A stretch of 64,000 nt of DNA from an uncultured beta proteobacterium (GTDB taxonomy: Bacteria; Pseudomonadota; Gammaproteobacteria; Burkholderiales; SHXO01). The notes beneath the pieces are model-generated. The model was not told where the DNA came from. It did not search any database and saw only the letters and a program-made list of their open reading frames with translations. The position numbers and the translations under genes were made by a program. The DNA lies in the NCBI GenBank assembly GCA_963772865.1, contig CAVYZA010000023.1, positions 18,664 to 82,663 on the forward strand, written 5' to 3'. How positions within the stretch are numbered: position 1 is the stretch's first letter; the number at the start of each line of letters is the position of its first letter. Shown in pieces: positions 50,840 through 63,231 of this stretch.

Positions 50840-51540
50840 GGCTTGACTGCCTGCAGGATGTAGTTCACATCCGTATCGCGCCCCAGCGCATAGATCTTGG
50901 TGAAGGGGTTGTAGGTCATGCCCACCATGTCGCGCACTTCCAAACCGGCGTCGCGGCAAGAGCGCGCCAGCTCCGAGGGCTTGATCAGCTTCTCGTACTC
51001 GTGCGTGCCACGCGGCAGCAGGCCCAGCACATACTCTGCGCCGACGATGGCGAGCAGAAATGCCTTGGCGTTGCGGTTGATGGTGGCGAAGAACGCCTGG
51101 CCACCCGGCTTGAGGAGCGCAGCGCAAGCGCGCACCTGGCTGGCCGGATCCGGCACATGCTCGAGCACTTCCATGCAGGTCACGACGTCGTAGCCGTATG
51201 GCTCTTCGCGCGCCAGCTCCTCGACGGCGATCTTGCGATAGGCGACCCGCGCGCCGCTTTCCAGCAGGTGGAGCTGCGCCACTTTCAGCGCCTTGTCGGA
51301 CAGATCGATTCCGGTGACCTGCGCTCCGCGCGCCGCCATGCTTTCCGACAGGATGCCGCCGCCACAGCCCACGTCCAGCACACGTTTGCCCGCGAGCGCG
51401 CAATGCTGGTCGATCCAGCCGAGGCGCAACGGGTTGATCTCGTGCAACGGCCTGAACTCGCTGTCGGGGTCCCACCAGCGGTGCGCGAGCTGACCGAATT
51501 TCTCCAGCTCCTGCGGATCGACGTTGAGCGGCTCGCTCAT
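50836..51540 (-). CDS. ubiG: bifunctional 3-demethylubiquinol / 2-polyprenyl-6-hydroxyphenol O-methyltransferase
   Basis: [78 protein letters not shown]. Confidence 0.9.
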   Translation of the reverse strand: MSEPLNVDPQELEKFGQLAHRWWDPDSEFRPLHEINPLRLGWIDQHCALAGKRVLDVGCGGGILSESMAARGAQVTGIDLSDKALKVAQLHLLESGARVAYRKIAVEELAREEPYGYDVVTCMEVLEHVPDPASQVRACAALLKPGGQAFFATINRNAKAFLLAIVGAEYVLGLLPRGTHEYEKLIKPSELARSCRDAGLEVRDMVGMTYNPFTKIYALGRDTDVNYILQAVKP

Positions 51541-52889
51541 GCCTGCCGTGCGATGCGTTGCTGCCAGCTCGCGGCGGTGGCGGTGAGCTCGGCTGCGTCT
51601 AATGTGGTGAGGCGCCGATTCTCCAGGAGTGCCCGGCCGCCCACCCACACGTGGCTGACATGCTCGCGCGCTGCCGCGTACACCAGGTGCGACAGCGGGT
51701 GATAGCAAGGGGAGAGCTCGAGCGCGGCGAGATCGACCGCTGTGAGATCCGCCTGCTTGCCCGGCGTGATGGAACCGATCTGGTCCTCCAGCCCCAGCGC
51801 CCGCGCCGCATCGATCGTGGCCATGGCGAGGGTGCGTTGCGCCGGAGCAGTGGTCGGCCGGCCGCTGGCACCCTTCGCGAGCAGCGCGGCCAGCCGCATC
51901 TCCTCGAACAAGTCGAGTCGATTGTTGCTGGCCGTGCCATCGGTGCCCAGCCCGACGTTCACGCCGGCGTCCAGCAGGGCCGCCACCGGTGCGATTCCGC
52001 TCCCGAGCTTCAGGTTGGAGCTCGGGCAGTGCGCGACGTGGCTGCCCGTCTCCTTCAGCAGCGCGATTTCAGTCGCATCCAGGTGTACCGCGTGCACCGC
52101 AATCAGGCCCGGGCCGAGCAACCCCAGCCGATGCATGCGTTGCAACGGGCGCACCCCGAAGTCGTCCACGCTCTTGCGGATCTCGTCCTGGGTCTCGTGC
52201 AGGTGCACGTGGATCGGGATCTGCAGCTCGTCGGCGTAGGTGGCGATCTGCTCGAAGCTGCGATCGCTGACGGTGTACGGCGCATGCGGCGCCATGCAGA
52301 ACGACAGCAGCGTCTCGCGCTTGAGCGCGTCACGCACCGCCAGCCCTTTGTGCAGGTAGTCTTGCGCGTCGGCGGCGTACGCGGTCGGAAAGTCGAGGCA
52401 GATGATACCCAGCGCGGCCCGCATGCCCGCGGCGACTGCTGCTCGCCCGGCCTGCTCCGGGAAGAAGTACATGTCGTTGAAGCAGGTCACTCCGCCACGG
52501 ATCATCTCGGCGCACGCGAGCAGCGTTCCGTCGAAGACGAACTGCGCAGAGACGTGCTCGCCCTCGGCCGGCCAGATGTGCTGCGTGAGCCACTCCATCA
52601 GCGGTAGGTCGTCGGCAAGGCCGCGCATCAGCGCCATGGCGGCGTGGGTATGCAGGTTGACGAGGCCCGGGATCAGCGCGTGGGTGGAGAGCCCGGTATG
52701 GGTCCCCGTCGCGTAGGCGCTCAACGCCTGATCGGTGGGCAGCAGGTCCGCGATGCGTCCATCGCGGATCACGACCGCATGGTCCTCCAGGACCACGCCG
52801 GCCGGCTCTACCGGGATCACGTAGCGGGCGCTGATGATGCGGTCGGCGGGTACGGGCTGGGTAGCGGGTTTGCCTGGGGCGTTCATCAA
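51537..52889 (-). CDS. mtaD: TRZ/ATZ-family amidohydrolase (5-methylthioadenosine/SAH deaminase-like)
   Basis: Intact 450 aa: [27 protein letters not shown]. The mtaD-ubiG-gph arrangement is recalled from betaproteobacteria. Confidence 0.75.
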   Translation of the reverse strand: MMNAPGKPATQPVPADRIISARYVIPVEPAGVVLEDHAVVIRDGRIADLLPTDQALSAYATGTHTGLSTHALIPGLVNLHTHAAMALMRGLADDLPLMEWLTQHIWPAEGEHVSAQFVFDGTLLACAEMIRGGVTCFNDMYFFPEQAGRAAVAAGMRAALGIICLDFPTAYAADAQDYLHKGLAVRDALKRETLLSFCMAPHAPYTVSDRSFEQIATYADELQIPIHVHLHETQDEIRKSVDDFGVRPLQRMHRLGLLGPGLIAVHAVHLDATEIALLKETGSHVAHCPSSNLKLGSGIAPVAALLDAGVNVGLGTDGTASNNRLDLFEEMRLAALLAKGASGRPTTAPAQRTLAMATIDAARALGLEDQIGSITPGKQADLTAVDLAALELSPCYHPLSHLVYAAAREHVSHVWVGGRALLENRRLTTLDAAELTATAASWQQRIARQA

Positions 52890-52892
52890 TGA

Positions 52893-52918
52893 GAAAGCCC
52901 TGCTCGCGCAGGGCTTTC
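52893..52918 (-). terminator. stem-loop after OmpA paralog 2
   Basis: GAAAGCCCTGC-TCGC-GCAGGGCTTTC: an 11-bp perfect stem between the paralog 2 stop (52944) and the mtaD start. Confidence 0.6.
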
Positions 52919-52943
52919 CGTGAGCTGGTCGGCAGTCCCGCGA

Positions 52944-54619
52944 TTACTGCGGTTTGGTGCCGGTGACCGTCACCTCCACGGAGCGATCGGGTTGCAGGCA
53001 GCTGATGTACTTCTTCCCCTTCTGGCCCTTGCACAGCGCCGGGTCGAAGGGGAGGTCGAATTCGCCGCGGCCCTCGGTCCGGATGCGGTCGGCCGGTACG
53101 CCCTTGGCCGACCAGATAGTTCTTCACCGCGCGGGCGCGCCGCTCGGACAGGATTTGATTGTACTCCGACCGTCCCGATCGGATCGGCATGACCTACCAC
53201 CACGATCTGATCGTACTCGACGCCCTGCATCTGGCTTACCAGCTTGTCGAGCTTCTCACGGGAATCCGAACGCACGGTGTAGCGGTCGAAGTCGAACCAC
53301 GGCTCGGCTTCCAGCGTGATCGTCAGGGGCAGCACCACCGGTGTGGGTTGCGGCGCCGGTGTGGGTTGCGGCGTGGGGCGGTTTGCGGCGCGGGAGCGGG
53401 TTCCGGCGCGGCCTCGGCAGGAGCGGCGGCCTGCTCCTGCTCGGCTGCGGCCACGACCGGGGCGGCTGCTTGCTCCTGCTCGGCCGCTGCCACCGCGGGG
53501 GCGGCGGCCTGCTCTTGCTGCGCGGCTGCGGGCGCCGCCACCTGCTCGGCGGGGGCGGTGCGGCGCTTGCTCGACGGGGGCCGGTGCCGCCGCTTGCTCG
53601 ACGGGGGCGGGCCGGCCGCTTGCTCGACGGGGGCCGGCGCCGGCGCCTGTTCCTCCTCCGCGGCCGCCACGGCCGATTCCTCGGTCGCCTTTGGCTCGCT
53701 GATCAGGTCCTCGGGCTGCTTGCCTTCCTCCTCGTAGTACTCGCTGCGGGCGATGACCGTCTCGTCCGTGGTGGTGGTTTCTTCTTCTTCGTAATACTGG
53801 CTTTCGCCGACGATGCCGTCGTCCTGCTGGACGCGTTCTTCCTCTTCGTAGTACTGGTTCTGGGAGACGATACCGTCGTCCTCCTGAACGGTCTCTCCTC
53901 CTCGTAGTACTGGCTCTGGGAGACGATGCCGTCGTCCTTCTGGACGGTTTCTTCCTCTTCGTAGTACTCGTTCCGGGCGACGATGCCGTCGTCCTGCTGG
54001 ACGGTTTCCTCTTCTTCGTAGTACTCGCGCCGGCCGACGATGCCCTCCTCGGACTCGACGGCTTCCTCCTCGTAGTACATGCGCGATTCGCTGATGCGGT
54101 CGTCGTCCGCTCATCCGCGGACGGCGGGGGCACCGGCACCAGCCCGGCCACGTCTCCGGGCGCATAGAAGTCTTCCATCGGCGCTTCGGCAGCGGCGGAG
54201 GGCTCCGTGTACTGCATCGCCTCGTATTCGACCGTTTCGGTGACGGTCGTGGCGGCCTGTGGCGACGGTTGTGCCGCGGCTTGCGGTTGTGGCGCGGCTT
54301 GCGGAGCGGGAGCAGCGGCGCGAGGGGCGGTCTTGCCGAACAGGCTCGGAGCGCACTCCAGGGTGGCTCCCGCGGGAGTCCAGAAGATCGTCTCCACGCA
54401 CTCACCCGTCACGGTCGTGCGGACAACGTGACCCTGCACGGTGTCGTAGGAATAATCGCCACGCTTGGGCGCGAGATCCGGGTCGCGCAGAGCCGCAACC
54501 TGCGCCTGCTCCGGATTGCGTTGCCCCTTGACTTGCCCGCCGCCGGTGCACGCGGCCATTGGAATGAGCGCAGACAGGACGGTAACGTGAGCTATCGTCT
54601 TCTTGAGTTGGAAGTGCAT
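52944..54619 (-). CDS. OmpA-family protein, paralog 2, with expanded acidic tandem-repeat linker (several frame changes)
   Basis: SD GAGGAG plus ATG 54619. MHFQLKKTIAHVTVLSALIPMAACTGG (lipobox-like), LAPKRGDYSYDTVQGHVVRTTVTGECVET, YYEEEE repeats, APVEQAA repeats. OmpA domain: WFDFDRYTVRSDSREKLDKL, VVGHADPIG.SEYNQILSERRARAVKNYLV, and the end RSVEVTVTGTKPQ. Confidence 0.78.
53722..54082. repeat. 57-bp tandem repeat x7 within OmpA paralog 2
   Basis: GTAGTAC (or GTAATAC) recurs at 53734, 53791, 53848, 53904, 53961, 54018 and 54072. The period is 57 nt, with one 56-nt and one 54-nt unit. Encodes about 19-aa units YYEEEETVQxDDGIVxxxx. Confidence 0.85.
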
Positions 54620-54977
54620 GGTCGCTCCTCGGACTCCCCGGTCTCGATGAGCCGCACGCGGCTGGCTTGTCTCGAGACCGAATCGTTGTTTTTCGCCGCG
54701 GCCGTTCCGCTTTGTCGGGCGGAAGCAACCGCGACTCTTCAAGCCGTTTGATCATAGCACAAGGCCCCCAACCAGACCTTGAACAACCGCCGCGGTGTGC
54801 ACCCTTGCCGACCGCACGGCGTCTCCGTCACTGCGTCGTCACGGCTACCTCGCATGCTAAAATCGCAGTTTTGCCGGCGGCGCGGGTATGCAGTAGAGCC
54901 CGCTGGCCCCCAGCAGGGCGTGCGGCGCGAGGTTCTGCGCTCGATCGCCGCCGTGCGCCCCGCCAGCCTCTGTGACC

Positions 54978-57629
54978 ATGGATCAATTCGCCAAAGAAAC
55001 CCTGCCCGTCAGCCTCGAAGAGGAGATGCGGCGCTCCTACCTCGATTACGCCATGAGCGTAATCGTCGGGCGGGCGCTGCCGGACGTGCGCGACGGGCTC
55101 AAGCCGGTGCACCGCCGCGTGCTCTTCGCCATGCACGAGGCGAACAACGTCTGGAACCGCCCCTACGTGAAGTGCGCCCGCGTGGTCGGGGATGTTCTCG
55201 GGAAGTACCACCCGCACGGCGACTCGGCCACGTACGAAGCCCTGGTGCGCATGGCGCAGGACTTCTCGATGCGCTACACGCTGATCGACGGGCAGGGCAA
55301 CTTCGGGTCGGTCGATGGCGACAACCCGGCGGCCTACCGCTATACCGAATGCCGACTGCAGCGCATCGCCGGCGAGCTGCTGGCCGACATCGACAAGGAG
55401 ACCGTCGATTTCGTCCCCAACTACGACGGCAAGGAGCTGGAGCCCACGGTCCTGCCCAGCAAGATCCCCAATCTGCTGATCAACGGCTCGACCGGGATCG
55501 CGGTGGGCATGGCCACCAACATTCCGCCCCACAACCTGGGCGAGGTGGTGGACGCGTGCCTGAAGCTGCTCGAGCAGCCGCAGACTGACATCGACGAACT
55601 GATGCAGATCGTGCCCGGCCCGGATTTCCCGACCCGCGCCATCATCTATGGCGTGGCGGGCGTGCGCGAGGGTTATCGCAGCGGCCGCGGGCGCGTCGTG
55701 CTGCGGGCGCGCACCCACATCGAAGACATGGACAAGGGCCAGCGCCAGGCCATCGTGGTGGACGAGCTGCCCTACCAGGTCAACAAGGCGAACCTGCTGT
55801 CGCGCATCGGCGAGCTGGTGCGCGAGAAGAAACTGGAGGGGATCGCCGAGATCCGCGACGAGTCCGACAAGTCGGGCATGCGCGTGGTGATCGAGCTCAA
55901 GCGCGCCGAGATCCCGGAAGTCGTCCTGAACAATCTGTACAAAGAAACGCAGATGCAGGACACCTTCGGCATGAACATGGTGGCCCTGGTCGACGGCCAG
56001 CCGCGCGTGCTCAACTTGAAGGATCTGTTGGACGCGTTCCTGCGCCATCGCCGCGAGGTGGTGACCCGGCGCACCGTGTACGAGCTGCGCAAGGCGCGCG
56101 AGCGCGCCCACATGCTCGAAGGCCTGGCGGTGGCGCTGTCCAACGTCGATGAGATTATCCAGCTCATCAAGGAGTCGCCCACGCCGGCGGAGGCGCGCTC
56201 GAAGCTTACCGGCCGCCTGTGGCGCTCCACCACGGTGGAGGCAATGCTGGAGCGCGCGGGCGCGGAGCAATCGCGTCCGCAGGGGTTGAGCCGCGAGGTC
56301 GGCATGCAGCCGCCCGCCGACGGTCAACCCGGCGGCTATCGACTGTCCGAGGCGCAAGCCCAGCGCATCCTCGAGATGCAGTTGCAGCGCTTGACCGCGC
56401 TCGAGCAGGACAAGATCGTGCAGGAGTACCGCGAGATGATGGAGACCATCGCGGACCTGCTCGACATCCTCGCCAAGCCGGAGCGCATCACTGCCATCAT
56501 CGTTGCTGAGCTCAAGCAGGTGAAGGAGCAGTTCGGCGATGCGCGCCGCAGCGAGATCCAGGTCAACGCCGAGGACATCAACCTCGAGGACTTGATCGCA
56601 CCCGCGGACGTGGTGGTGACCCTTTCGCACGCCGGCTACATCAAGTCGCAGCCGCTCACCGAATACCGGGCGCAGAAGCGCGGCGGGCGCGGCAAGCAGG
56701 CCACGGCCACCAAGGAAGACGATTTCATCGAGCACCTGTTCATCGCCCACACCCACGACTACATCCTGTGCTTCTCCAGCCGCGGGCGCGTGTACTGGAT
56801 CAAGGTGTACACGGCGCCGCAGGGCGGGCGTACCAGCCGCGGCAAGCCGATCAACAACCTGCTGCCGCTCACCGACGGCGAGAAGATCAACGCGGCATTG
56901 CCGATCAAGACCTTCGACGAAGCGCACTACGTGTTCATGGCGACCGCCAACGGCACGGTCAAGAAGACGCCCCTGTCGGAGTTCTCGCGGCCGCGCCCCA
57001 GCGGGATTATTGCCGTGGGCTTGGACGAGGCCGACTATCTGGTGGGCGTGGCGGTGACCGACGGCCGTCACGACATCATGCTGTTCTCGGATGCCGGCAA
57101 GGCGGTGCGCTTCGACGAGCAGGACGTCCGCCCGATGGGTCGCGAGGCGCACGGCGTGCGCGGCATGACGCTCGCCCCCGGCCAGCAGGTGATCTCGCTG
57201 GTGGTGGCCGATGACGAGAGCAAGACCGTGCTGGTGGCCACCGAGAACGGGTTCGGCAAGCGCACCCCGGTCGCCGAGTTCACCCGTCACGGCCGCGGCA
57301 CCCAGGGCATGATCGCGATCCAGACCACTGCCCGCAACGGCAAGGTGGTGGCCGCCAGGCTGGTGAGCCCCGAGGACGAAGTCATGCTCATCACGACCGG
57401 CGGGGTGCTGATCCGTACGCGGGTCGCGGAGATCCGCGAGATGGGCCGAGCCACGCAGGGCGTGACCCTGATCAACCTGGGCGACGAAGAGAAGCTGGCC
57501 GGCCTGGAGCGGGTGGTGGAAACCGACGAGAACGGCAGCGAAGACAACGGAGCGGAACCGCCTGGTCCGGCGGCTCCGGACAATGGCCCCGGATCGGACG
57601 GAATAGACCCGGATCAGCCGGAAGACTAA
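54978..57629 (+). CDS. gyrA: DNA gyrase subunit A
   Basis: Intact ORF: [59 protein letters not shown], and an acidic C-terminal tail. GTG 54972 is an alternative start. Confidence 0.95.
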   Translation: MDQFAKETLPVSLEEEMRRSYLDYAMSVIVGRALPDVRDGLKPVHRRVLFAMHEANNVWNRPYVKCARVVGDVLGKYHPHGDSATYEALVRMAQDFSMRYTLIDGQGNFGSVDGDNPAAYRYTECRLQRIAGELLADIDKETVDFVPNYDGKELEPTVLPSKIPNLLINGSTGIAVGMATNIPPHNLGEVVDACLKLLEQPQTDIDELMQIVPGPDFPTRAIIYGVAGVREGYRSGRGRVVLRARTHIEDMDKGQRQAIVVDELPYQVNKANLLSRIGELVREKKLEGIAEIRDESDKSGMRVVIELKRAEIPEVVLNNLYKETQMQDTFGMNMVALVDGQPRVLNLKDLLDAFLRHRREVVTRRTVYELRKARERAHMLEGLAVALSNVDEIIQLIKESPTPAEARSKLTGRLWRSTTVEAMLERAGAEQSRPQGLSREVGMQPPADGQPGGYRLSEAQAQRILEMQLQRLTALEQDKIVQEYREMMETIADLLDILAKPERITAIIVAELKQVKEQFGDARRSEIQVNAEDINLEDLIAPADVVVTLSHAGYIKSQPLTEYRAQKRGGRGKQATATKEDDFIEHLFIAHTHDYILCFSSRGRVYWIKVYTAPQGGRTSRGKPINNLLPLTDGEKINAALPIKTFDEAHYVFMATANGTVKKTPLSEFSRPRPSGIIAVGLDEADYLVGVAVTDGRHDIMLFSDAGKAVRFDEQDVRPMGREAHGVRGMTLAPGQQVISLVVADDESKTVLVATENGFGKRTPVAEFTRHGRGTQGMIAIQTTARNGKVVAARLVSPEDEVMLITTGGVLIRTRVAEIREMGRATQGVTLINLGDEEKLAGLERVVETDENGSEDNGAEPPGPAAPDNGPGSDGIDPDQPED

Positions 57630-57633
57630 GGTC

Positions 57634-58714
57634 ATGCGTACATTCAATTTCAGTCCGGGCCCCGCGGTGCTGCCCGAAGAAGTCCTGCGGCAGGCGCAGG
57701 AGGAAATGCTCGACTGGCACGGCAGCGGCATGTCGGTCATGGAGATGAGCCACCGCGGCAAGGAGTTCATGTCGATCGCCGCAGCCGCCGAAGCCGACCT
57801 GCGCGAGCTGCTCGCGATTCCGTCCAACTACAAGGTGCTGTTCCAGCAGGGCGGGGCGACCAGCCAGTTCGCCATGGTGCCGATGAACCTGCTGCGCGGG
57901 AAGCGGAGCGCCGACTACATCCACACCGGTGAATGGGCGAAGAAGGCGATCGGCGAGGCCAAGAAGTTCTGCAGCGTGAACATCGCCGCCAGCAGCGAGG
58001 ACCGCAAGTTCACCTATGCGCCTGCCGCAGTCGAGCTGGAAGCTGTCGCCGGAAGCAGCGTATGTGCACTACACCGGCAACGAGACCATCGGGGGCGTCG
58101 AATTTCACTGGATCCCGGACACCGGCTCGGTTCCGCTGGTGTGTGATCTGTCCTCCAGCCTGCTGTCGCGCCCGCTGGACGTCAGCCGGTTCGGGGTGAT
58201 CTATGCCGGCGCGCAGAAGAACATCGGGCCCGCGGGGCTCACCATCGTGATCGTCCGCGAGGATCTCATCGGCCATGCGCCGCCCTCCACCCCGTCGATG
58301 TTCGACTACAAGGTGCAGGCCGACAACGAGTCCATGTACAACACGCCGCCGACCTACGCCCTGTACATCGCCGGGCTGGTCCTGCAGTGGCTCAAGCGGC
58401 GCGGCGGCCTCGCGGAAATGGAGAAAGTGAACATCGCCAAGGCTCAGCTCATCTACGATGTGCTGGACGCGAGCCGTTTCTACGCCAGCCCAGTGGCGAG
58501 GCAGGACCGCTCGCGCATGAACGTGCCGTTTACGCTGCCCGATGCCGGTCTGGACGAAGCGTTCCTGCAGCAGGCCAAGCAGCACGGGCTGTTGCAATTG
58601 AAGGGTCACCGTTCCGTTGGGGGCATGCGCGCCTCCATCTACAACGCGATGCCGCTGGATGGCGTGCACGCACTGGTGAGCTTCATGCGAGAGTTCGAGC
58701 GTACCCACGGGTGA
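57634..58714 (+). CDS. serC: 3-phosphoserine/phosphohydroxythreonine aminotransferase (frameshift near 58025)
   Basis: [37 protein letters not shown]. Then in the second frame [43 protein letters not shown]. Confidence 0.9.
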
Positions 58715-58722
58715 CAGACGAA

Positions 58723-59902
58723 ATGGCCGAACACTTGCGCATCCTCACCCTGAACTCGATCTCGCACGCCGGGCTCAAGCTGTTGCCGGCGGATCGCTAC
58801 GAGGTCGGCAGCAACCTCGAGCGACCGGACGCGATCCTGGTCCGCTCGCAGGACATGCATCACACCGAGATTGCCAACACCGTGCGTGCGATCGGCCGCG
58901 CTGGCGCCGGCACCAACAACATCCCCGTGCCGGCGATGAGCCAGCGTGGCGTGCCGGTGTTCAACGCCCCCGGGGCCAATGCCAACGCGGTCAAAGAGCT
59001 GGTGCTCGCGGGCCTGCTGCTGAGCGCGCGCAACATCGTCCCGGCGGTGCGCTTCGTCGAGGGGCTGCGCGGCAGCGACGGCGATCTCGACAAGCTGGTC
59101 GAGGACAACAAGAAGCACTACGCGGGTGTGGAGTTGCCGCACCGTACCTTGGGCATCATCGGCCTGGGCCGGATCGGCAGCCTGGTGGCCGACGCGGCGA
59201 TCAAGCTGGGCATGCAGGTGCTCGGGTTCGATCCCGAGATCACGGTGGAAGCGGCCTGGAGCCTCCCGTCCCAGGTGCGCAAGGCCCAGAGCATCGAGGA
59301 AGTCCTGAAGAGCAGCGAGTTCGTCACGCTGCATGTGCCGCTGGTACCGGCCACCCGGCACCTGGTCGACGCCGGCCGCCTCGGGCTGATGCGTCACGGC
59401 GCGGTGCTCCTCAACTTCTCCCGCGACGCGGTGGTGGACGTCGACGCGGTCGCCGAGGCGCTGGCCGCCAAGCGTCTGAAGTACTACGTGTGCGATTTTC
59501 CCAACGCGCGTTTCGACGGCAACCCCGCGGTCGTGGCGTTGCCGCATCTGGGCGCCTCCACCCGAGAGGCCGAGGACAACTGCGCCGTCATGGTGGCCAA
59601 CCAGCTGCGCGACTTCCTCGAGCACGGCAACATCCGCAACGCAGTGAACTTCCCCGACGTGCTGATGGACCGCGAGTCGCCGTACCGGGTCGGCATCGCC
59701 AACGCCAATGTGCCCAACATGCTCGGCCAGATCTCGACTGCAATGGCGAGTGCCGGACTCAACATCCACAACATGCTGAACAAGTCCAGAGGGCGACATG
59801 GCGTACACGCTGGTAGACGTGGACAGTCCAGTGTCTGCGGAGGCGACGCGCGCGCTTACCGCCATCGAGGGCGTGCTGATGGTTCGCTACCTCCCCGCTT
59901 GA
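58723..59902 (+). CDS. serA: D-3-phosphoglycerate dehydrogenase-type 2-hydroxyacid dehydrogenase with C-terminal ACT-like region (frameshift near 59790)
   Basis: GRAGAGTNNIPV, LGIIGLGRIGSLVA (NAD fold), HVPL, LLNFSRDAVVD. ACT-like IANANVPNMLGQISTAMASAGLNIHNM. The last ~35 aa are in another frame. Confidence 0.72.
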
Positions 59903-59912
59903 GAGCCCAGGT

Positions 59913-60980
59913 GTGAGCGACGACATCCGCAGCCTGCGCAACCGCATCGACGCTGTCGATGACCAACTGCTCGCGCTGGTGAACGAGCGTGCTGACCTGG
60001 CCCGGCGCATCGGGGGCCTGAAGGGCGACGGCCCGGTCTACCGCCCCGAGCGCGAGGCGCAGGTGCTGCGGCGGGTTGCCGACCGCAATCCCGGTCCGCT
60101 TATCGGGGGAAGCGGTGGTGCATCTGTTCACCGAAGTGATCTCCGCCTGCCGCTCGCTCGAGGAGGCGATGGCGGTGGCCTTCCTCGGTCCACGCGGCAC
60201 CTTCAGCGAGGAAGCGGCGGTCAAGCGCTTCGGCGCCGCGGTCGATGGCGTGCCGTGCGCGTCGATCGACGAGGTGTTCCGCCAGGTCGAAGCCCGCCAG
60301 GTCGTCGTTCGGTGTCGTGCCGGTGGAAAACAGCACCGACGGAGCAGTCGGGCGCAGCCTGGATCTGCTGCTGGCGACCGCCGCGAAGGTATGCGGCGAG
60401 GTCCTGTTGCCGGTGCATCAGTGCCTGATGAGCCGGGCCAGCGATCGTCAAGGCATCGCGCGGGTCTACGCGCACAGCCAAAGCCTGGGGCAGTGCCACG
60501 AATGGCTCAACCAGAATCTGCCGCGGCGCCGAGCGCATCGCCATGGTGAGCAACGCCGAGGCGGCCCGTCAGGCGAGCCAGGAGGAAGGAGCGGCGGCGG
60601 TTGCGGGTCGGACGGCGGCGGGCCTCTACCAGCTCAACCTGCTGGCCGAGAACATCGAGGACAATCCCAACAACACCACGCGCTTCGTCGTCATCGGCCA
60701 CCTGGACGTACAGTCCTCCGGCCGGGACAAGACCTCGCTGGTGATGTCGGCGCTCAACCGCCCCGGAGCAATGCATGCGCTGCTGGAGCCGTTCGCCCGG
60801 CATGGCGTGAGCATGACGCGGATGGAGTCGCGCCCCGCGCGAACCGGGATGTGGGAGTACGTGTTCTTCGTCGATATCGAGGGCCATCAGAACGATCCGG
60901 CGGTGGCGGCCGCCCTTCGCGAGCTCGCAGAGCGCGCGTCGTTTCTGAAGATCCTCGGGTCGTATCCGGCGGCGGTGTGA
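59913..60980 (+). CDS. pheA: chorismate mutase / prephenate dehydratase (P-protein; about 3 frame changes)
   Basis: Chorismate mutase: LRNRIDAVDDQLLALVNERADLARRIG..PVYRPEREAQVL. Prephenate dehydratase: VAFLGPRGTFSEEA, VVPVENSTDGAV, NTTRFVVIG. ACT: KTSLVMS..PGAMHALLEPFA..GVSMTRMESRP..WEYVFFVDIEGH. Confidence 0.88.
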
Positions 60981-60983
60981 TCT

Positions 60984-61197
60984 AAGGCGAATTCACAGGA
61001 TTAACAGGATTTCTCAGGATTAACAGGATTAGGACTTCACCGGGATCGACTTGTCAGCGTGCAGATCGGCATCCAGACCCTGCCGATCGGGCTCCCGCCT
61101 GTGCGCCTGCCCACGATCTACCGAAGGCGGTAACGACACAGCAAGAAGTAAATCCTGTGAATCCTGAGAAATCCTGTTAATCCTGTGAATTCGCTTT
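60984..61197. repeat. CAGGATT-type inverted-repeat intergenic element
   Basis: Left arm AAGGCGAATTCACAGGATTAACAGGATTTCTCAGGATTAACAGGATT. The right arm's reverse complement is AAAGCGAATTCACAGGATTAACAGGATTTCTCAGGATTCACAGGATT. About 47-bp near-perfect terminal inverted repeats around a core of about 120 bp. Confidence 0.8.
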
Positions 61198-61217
61198 AGT
61201 AGGTAGGCCTGAGACAA

Positions 61218-62322
61218 ATGCTAGACGCCTGCGAACTGGCACCCTCCAACATCCGCGGAATCGCGCCGTATCAGCCGGGCAAGCCGGTCTCGGATCTGGC
61301 GCGCGAGATGGGACTGGAGGAAGCGACCATCGTCAAGCTCGCTTCCAACGAGAATCCACGTGGGGACGAGCGCGCTGGTGCAGACCGCGGTCTCGACTCA
61401 GCTCCAGGATCTGGCGCGCTATCCGGACGGGAACGGCTTCGACCTCAAGCAGGCCCTGTGCGCGCACTACGGCGTGCGTCCCGAGCAGGTGGTCCTCGGC
61501 AGCGGATCCAACGACGTCCTCGAGCTCGTCGCGCGCGCGTTTCTTACCGCCAGCACCTCGTCGGTGTACTCCCAGCATGCCTTTGTGGTGTACCCGCTTG
61601 CGACGCAGGTGGCGGGCGCCGCTGGAATCGAGGTCCAGGCGCGCGCCTTCGGGCACGACCTGCAAGCCATGGCGGCGGCGGTGCGCGAGGACACCCGTGT
61701 GCTGTGGATCGCCAACCCCAATAACCCGACCGGGACGTTCGCGCCGGCGGAGCAGGTGCAGGCGCTGCTGGCGCGCGTGCCACGCCGCGTCATCGTGGTG
61801 CTGGATGAGGCGTACCACGAGTATTTGCCGGACCCGTTGCGCGTCGACAGTCTCCGCTGGCTCGACGATCATCCCAATTTGATCGTCACCCGCACGTTCT
61901 CCAAGGCTTATGGCCTGGCCGGTCTGCGAGTGGGGTTCGGGGTCGCGCACCCGGAGATCTGCGATTTGCTCAACCGGGTGCGCCTGCCGTTCAACGTGAA
62001 CAGCCTGGCCCAGACCGCCGCCGTGGCGGCGCTGCGCGATCAGGCGTTCGTGGAGCGCAGCCGGCGTGTCAACGACGATGGGATGCGCCAACTCGTTCGA
62101 GGCTTCGAGCGCCTGCGGCTCGACTCCATCCCCTCGGTAGGCAATTTCATCACCGTGCGCGTGGGCGACGCCGGGCCGGTCTACCAGCGCCTGCTGCGCC
62201 AGGGTGTGATCGTGCGCCCCGTGGGCGCTTACGGCTTGCCGGAGCACCTGCGCGTGACCATCGGGCTGGAGTCCGAGAACGCGCGCTTCCTGCACGCGCT
62301 GGAAGCCGCGCTGCACGCGTGA
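61218..62322 (+). CDS. hisC: histidinol-phosphate / aromatic aminotransferase (frameshift near 61365)
   Basis: [17 protein letters not shown]. Then [54 protein letters not shown]. Confidence 0.88.
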
Positions 62323-63222
62323 TCCCTCGATCGGATGATGCGGCTTTGGAGGGACCTAAGCTGCGCAAGCTGGCAGTCTTCGGGGTTGGTTTGATCGGTG
62401 GCTCGTTTGCCGCTGCTCTGAAGCGAGCTGGCGCCGTGACCCATGTGGCAGGCGTGGGGCGCAGCCGCGCCAACCTCGAGCGCGCGCTCGAGCTGGGTGT
62501 GATCGACGAGATCGCTACCGACGCGGCCGGCGCTGTGCGCGAAGCCGACTTCGTCCTGCTGGCAACACCGGTTCAGCAAACCGGTGCGCTGCTGGCCCAG
62601 ATCGAGCCGCATCTCGAGCCGGACTGCGTGATGACCGATGGTGGCAGCACCAAGCGCGACGTGGTGCAGGCAGCTCGCCAGTACCTGGGCAGCAAGCTGG
62701 CCCAGTTCGTTCCAGCGCATCCCATCGCCGGCGCCGAGCGCTCCGGTGTCGAAGCCGCGACCGCCGCGCTGTTCGAGAAACGCCTGGTCGTTCTGACGCC
62801 GCTGCCTGAAACGTCGCCCGAGGCCTGCCGTCGCGTCGAGGCGGCCTGGCAGCGTGTGCGGCGCCAGGGTGTTGCAGATGGATGCGCTGCGCCACGACCA
62901 GATCTTCGCGGCGGTGAGCCACTTGCCGCATGCGCTGGCGTTTGCCCTGGTGTCGATGCTCGCCGCGCGTCCTGACGGGGCGGAGTTGTTCTCCTTCGCG
63001 GGAGCCGGCTTTCGTGATTTCACGCGCATCGCCGGCAGCTCTCCCGAGATGTGGCGCGATATCTGTGTCGCGAACCGCGACGTGCTGCTGCACGAGATCG
63101 ACGCGTTTCAGACCGAGTTGACCGCGCTCGCCAACAGCATCCGCAACGGCGATGCGGCGAGCGTGCAGCGCGTGTTCGAAACGGCGCAGACCGCGCGCGG
63201 CCGCTGGCTGCAGCGCTCCTGA
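62319..63222 (+). CDS. tyrA: prephenate/arogenate dehydrogenase (frameshift near 62860)
   Basis: LAVFGVGLIGGSFAAAL (NAD fold), DGGSTK, FVPAHPIAGAE. Then HDQIFAAVSHLPHALAFAL, GFRDFTRIAGSSPEMWRDI. Confidence 0.85.
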
Positions 63223-63231
63223 AACACGGCT

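Noticed and set aside
54828-57827. 999-aa ORF on the minus strand
   Set aside because: It is exactly antisense to gyrA/serC. Its composition is Arg/Ala/Gly/His-rich with no motifs. This is a typical shadow ORF of GC-rich DNA. The same applies to 32530..35169, 30149..31273, 10095..11261, 12130..13464, 5522..6613, 6115..7416, 20751..22166 and 37662..38972.
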